From the NCBI GenBank assembly GCA_963813715.1, contig CAWFAK010000007.1, positions 32,001 through 96,000 on the forward strand: a stretch of DNA of 64,000 bases, written 5' to 3'. Below the pieces are notes generated by a model that did no database searches, was not told the origin of the DNA, and saw nothing but the letters and a program-made list of their open reading frames with translations. This stretch comes from an uncultured Planctomycetaceae bacterium (GTDB lineage: Bacteria > Planctomycetota > Planctomycetia > Planctomycetales > Planctomycetaceae). Positions 62,539 to 64,000 of this stretch are shown here, piece after piece. Position numbers and translations under genes: made by a program. Position 1 is the stretch's first letter. Each line of letters begins with the position of its first letter.

Positions 62539-63278
62539 CTGGGTCTCCCGCTCTGAGAACCAGCACCCCTCCGGCCGCAGAGTGCGACACGGAAGCCAAC
62601 GACGTTTGTGAGGAACGAACTCAAGGCTTACTGCACGGTCACATCTCTGATGCCCTCGTTGACTACCGCACCAGTCAAACGCCTGCGCCCGTCAAAGCCA
62701 CGTCGAACACGAGCGGCCACCCGCTCCAACGTCCTTCCCCACAACCCGGTACGGGACTGCGTTCGGGTCTGGATCCGCACGCTCTTACCGGCTTCACATT
62801 CTATACCTTCTCCCTGCAACGAACATCCACGACGTCGTCGTAGGGAGCAAACCGACCACTCATGACGATACTCGCAGCGAACCAAACAGTCAAGCAGCCA
62901 AGGGCTTCCTGCGATCCGAAACCCGGCGCCGACCCGGTTTATGACGACCGCGTAAACTCGTCATTTGGGTCGACCCCCAACCCGACTCTTCACGCCCGTT
63001 TTCCACTGGCACTTCCGCCCGCACATTCGGCAGCCGAACGCCCCGCACGCTGGATCGCGCGATCGGCGGCCGATAGAGTCTTGTCGAAGAGGCCTTGTCG
63101 CCGGTTCAGCATTCGAATGAGGCTTATTCGGGGTTCGGGCTCGACATTTGCCGGAGCAGCCACCAGCCGGCGACCGTCGGGGTTTGCGCAACCACCACGG
63201 ACGACAGCCACAGTCAACTGCCGCTGGCAACCGCCGCAGACAGTCGCGCCACCATTTTTCGTCGCGTTGAGGGTCATC

Positions 63279-64000
63279 ATGGCACGCCGTTCGGTCCTGA
63301 TCCTGTTCGTTCTGGCCGGCTCGCTCGCTTTGACGCAGACGGCCGATGCCCAGATCCTTCCCCTGTTCCGCCGCCAGGGACAGGGACAGCCGACGGCCTC
63401 GGAGACGAACCCCGAACACGAGCAGAAGAAGACGCAGGCCCAAGCCGCCTACCAGGCCGGTGACCTTCCCAAAACCATCGAGCTGATGGACTCCGTGCTG
63501 CGGGAAAATCCCCGCGACTCGATCGCCTACTACTTGCGCGGCAGTGCCCGCGTCGATCTGGGCGCACGCTCGATGGATACCAAGCTCGTCCGCGACGGCG
63601 TCGCCGACGCACGCGAGGCCATCCGCTTCGACACGCAGCAGTCGTCGCTCTATTACCTGCCCTATCTCTTCGGCATGAAGAGCCTGGCCGTGCTCGAAAA
63701 CCGCAAAGAACACGCGGAAACGGCCGTCAAGCAGGCCACGCTCGTGCTCGACCGGCCCAATCTCAAAGAAGACGAGCGAGCCAACCTGCTCTACCAGCGG
63801 GCGCAGGCCGAAGCCTGGCTCAGCAAGAGCGACGAGGCGATCAACGATCTGCAAGAGGCGCTGAAACTGGCTCCGTCGCACTTCGGCGCGCGGGCCACGC
63901 TGGCCGAAGTCTACGTCAAAGCGGGCCGCGGCCCCGAGGCTATGGCCGCCTTCAACAAGCTCGTCGAGCTGTTCCCCGAGAATCCGCTCAGCCTGAACAA
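63279..64000 (+). CDS. Exported TPR protein (3' partial; not in the ORF track because it has no stop)
   Basis: Signal MARRSVLILFVLAGSLALTQTADA, then AQAAYQAGDLPKTIELMDSVLRENPRDSIAYYLRG and further TPRs; open to the window end. Confidence 0.85.
   Translation, partial: MARRSVLILFVLAGSLALTQTADAQILPLFRRQGQGQPTASETNPEHEQKKTQAQAAYQAGDLPKTIELMDSVLRENPRDSIAYYLRGSARVDLGARSMDTKLVRDGVADAREAIRFDTQQSSLYYLPYLFGMKSLAVLENRKEHAETAVKQATLVLDRPNLKEDERANLLYQRAQAEAWLSKSDEAINDLQEALKLAPSHFGARATLAEVYVKAGRGPEAMAAFNKLVELFPENPLSLN

Noticed and set aside
62540..63278. tRNA, ncRNA or small gene in the long nusA/TPR intergenic region
   Set aside because: No cloverleaf, known RNA motif or credible ORF was recognised by eye. 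An Rfam search would be needed.

Overview
A 64-kb, high-GC chromosomal segment, most likely from a Planctomycete. That assignment is an inference from the DUF1559 prepilin-type gene, the M56/BlaI pair, the Ser/Thr kinase-WD40 gene, the sulfatase and the excisionase-HTH response regulator. Single-base frameshifts are pervasive, even in conserved housekeeping genes (proS, recA, alaS, mnmG, infB, ruvB). I read them as uncorrected long-read indels and joined the ORF pieces, so those coordinates are approximate. Housekeeping genes: proS (3' end), recA, alaS, mnmG, tpx, ruvB, yebC and nusA-infB-rbfA. Accessory content includes a BlaI repressor with its operator and two tandem BlaR1/M56 sensors, an orphan Tat-exported Cys-rich peptide, a sulfatase, a WecA/O-antigen-ligase/tetraheme-cytochrome cluster, a tricorn protease and signalling proteins. 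The most notable observations are: (i) a complete IS1111-type IS110 element whose 3' non-coding region folds into two internal loops with guide-like matches to its own junction and target (candidate bridge/seek RNA), although one DEDD Asp reads Asn; (ii) a DapA-family aldolase with a frameshift-hidden C-terminal microcompartment encapsulation-like peptide; (iii) a DUF559 nuclease bracketed by inverted palindromic repeats; (iv) several dispersed palindromic repeat families, one of which brackets a small gene; (v) a 23-Cys DUF1559 protein with a CxxCH motif. No rRNA, tRNA or CRISPR array was seen.
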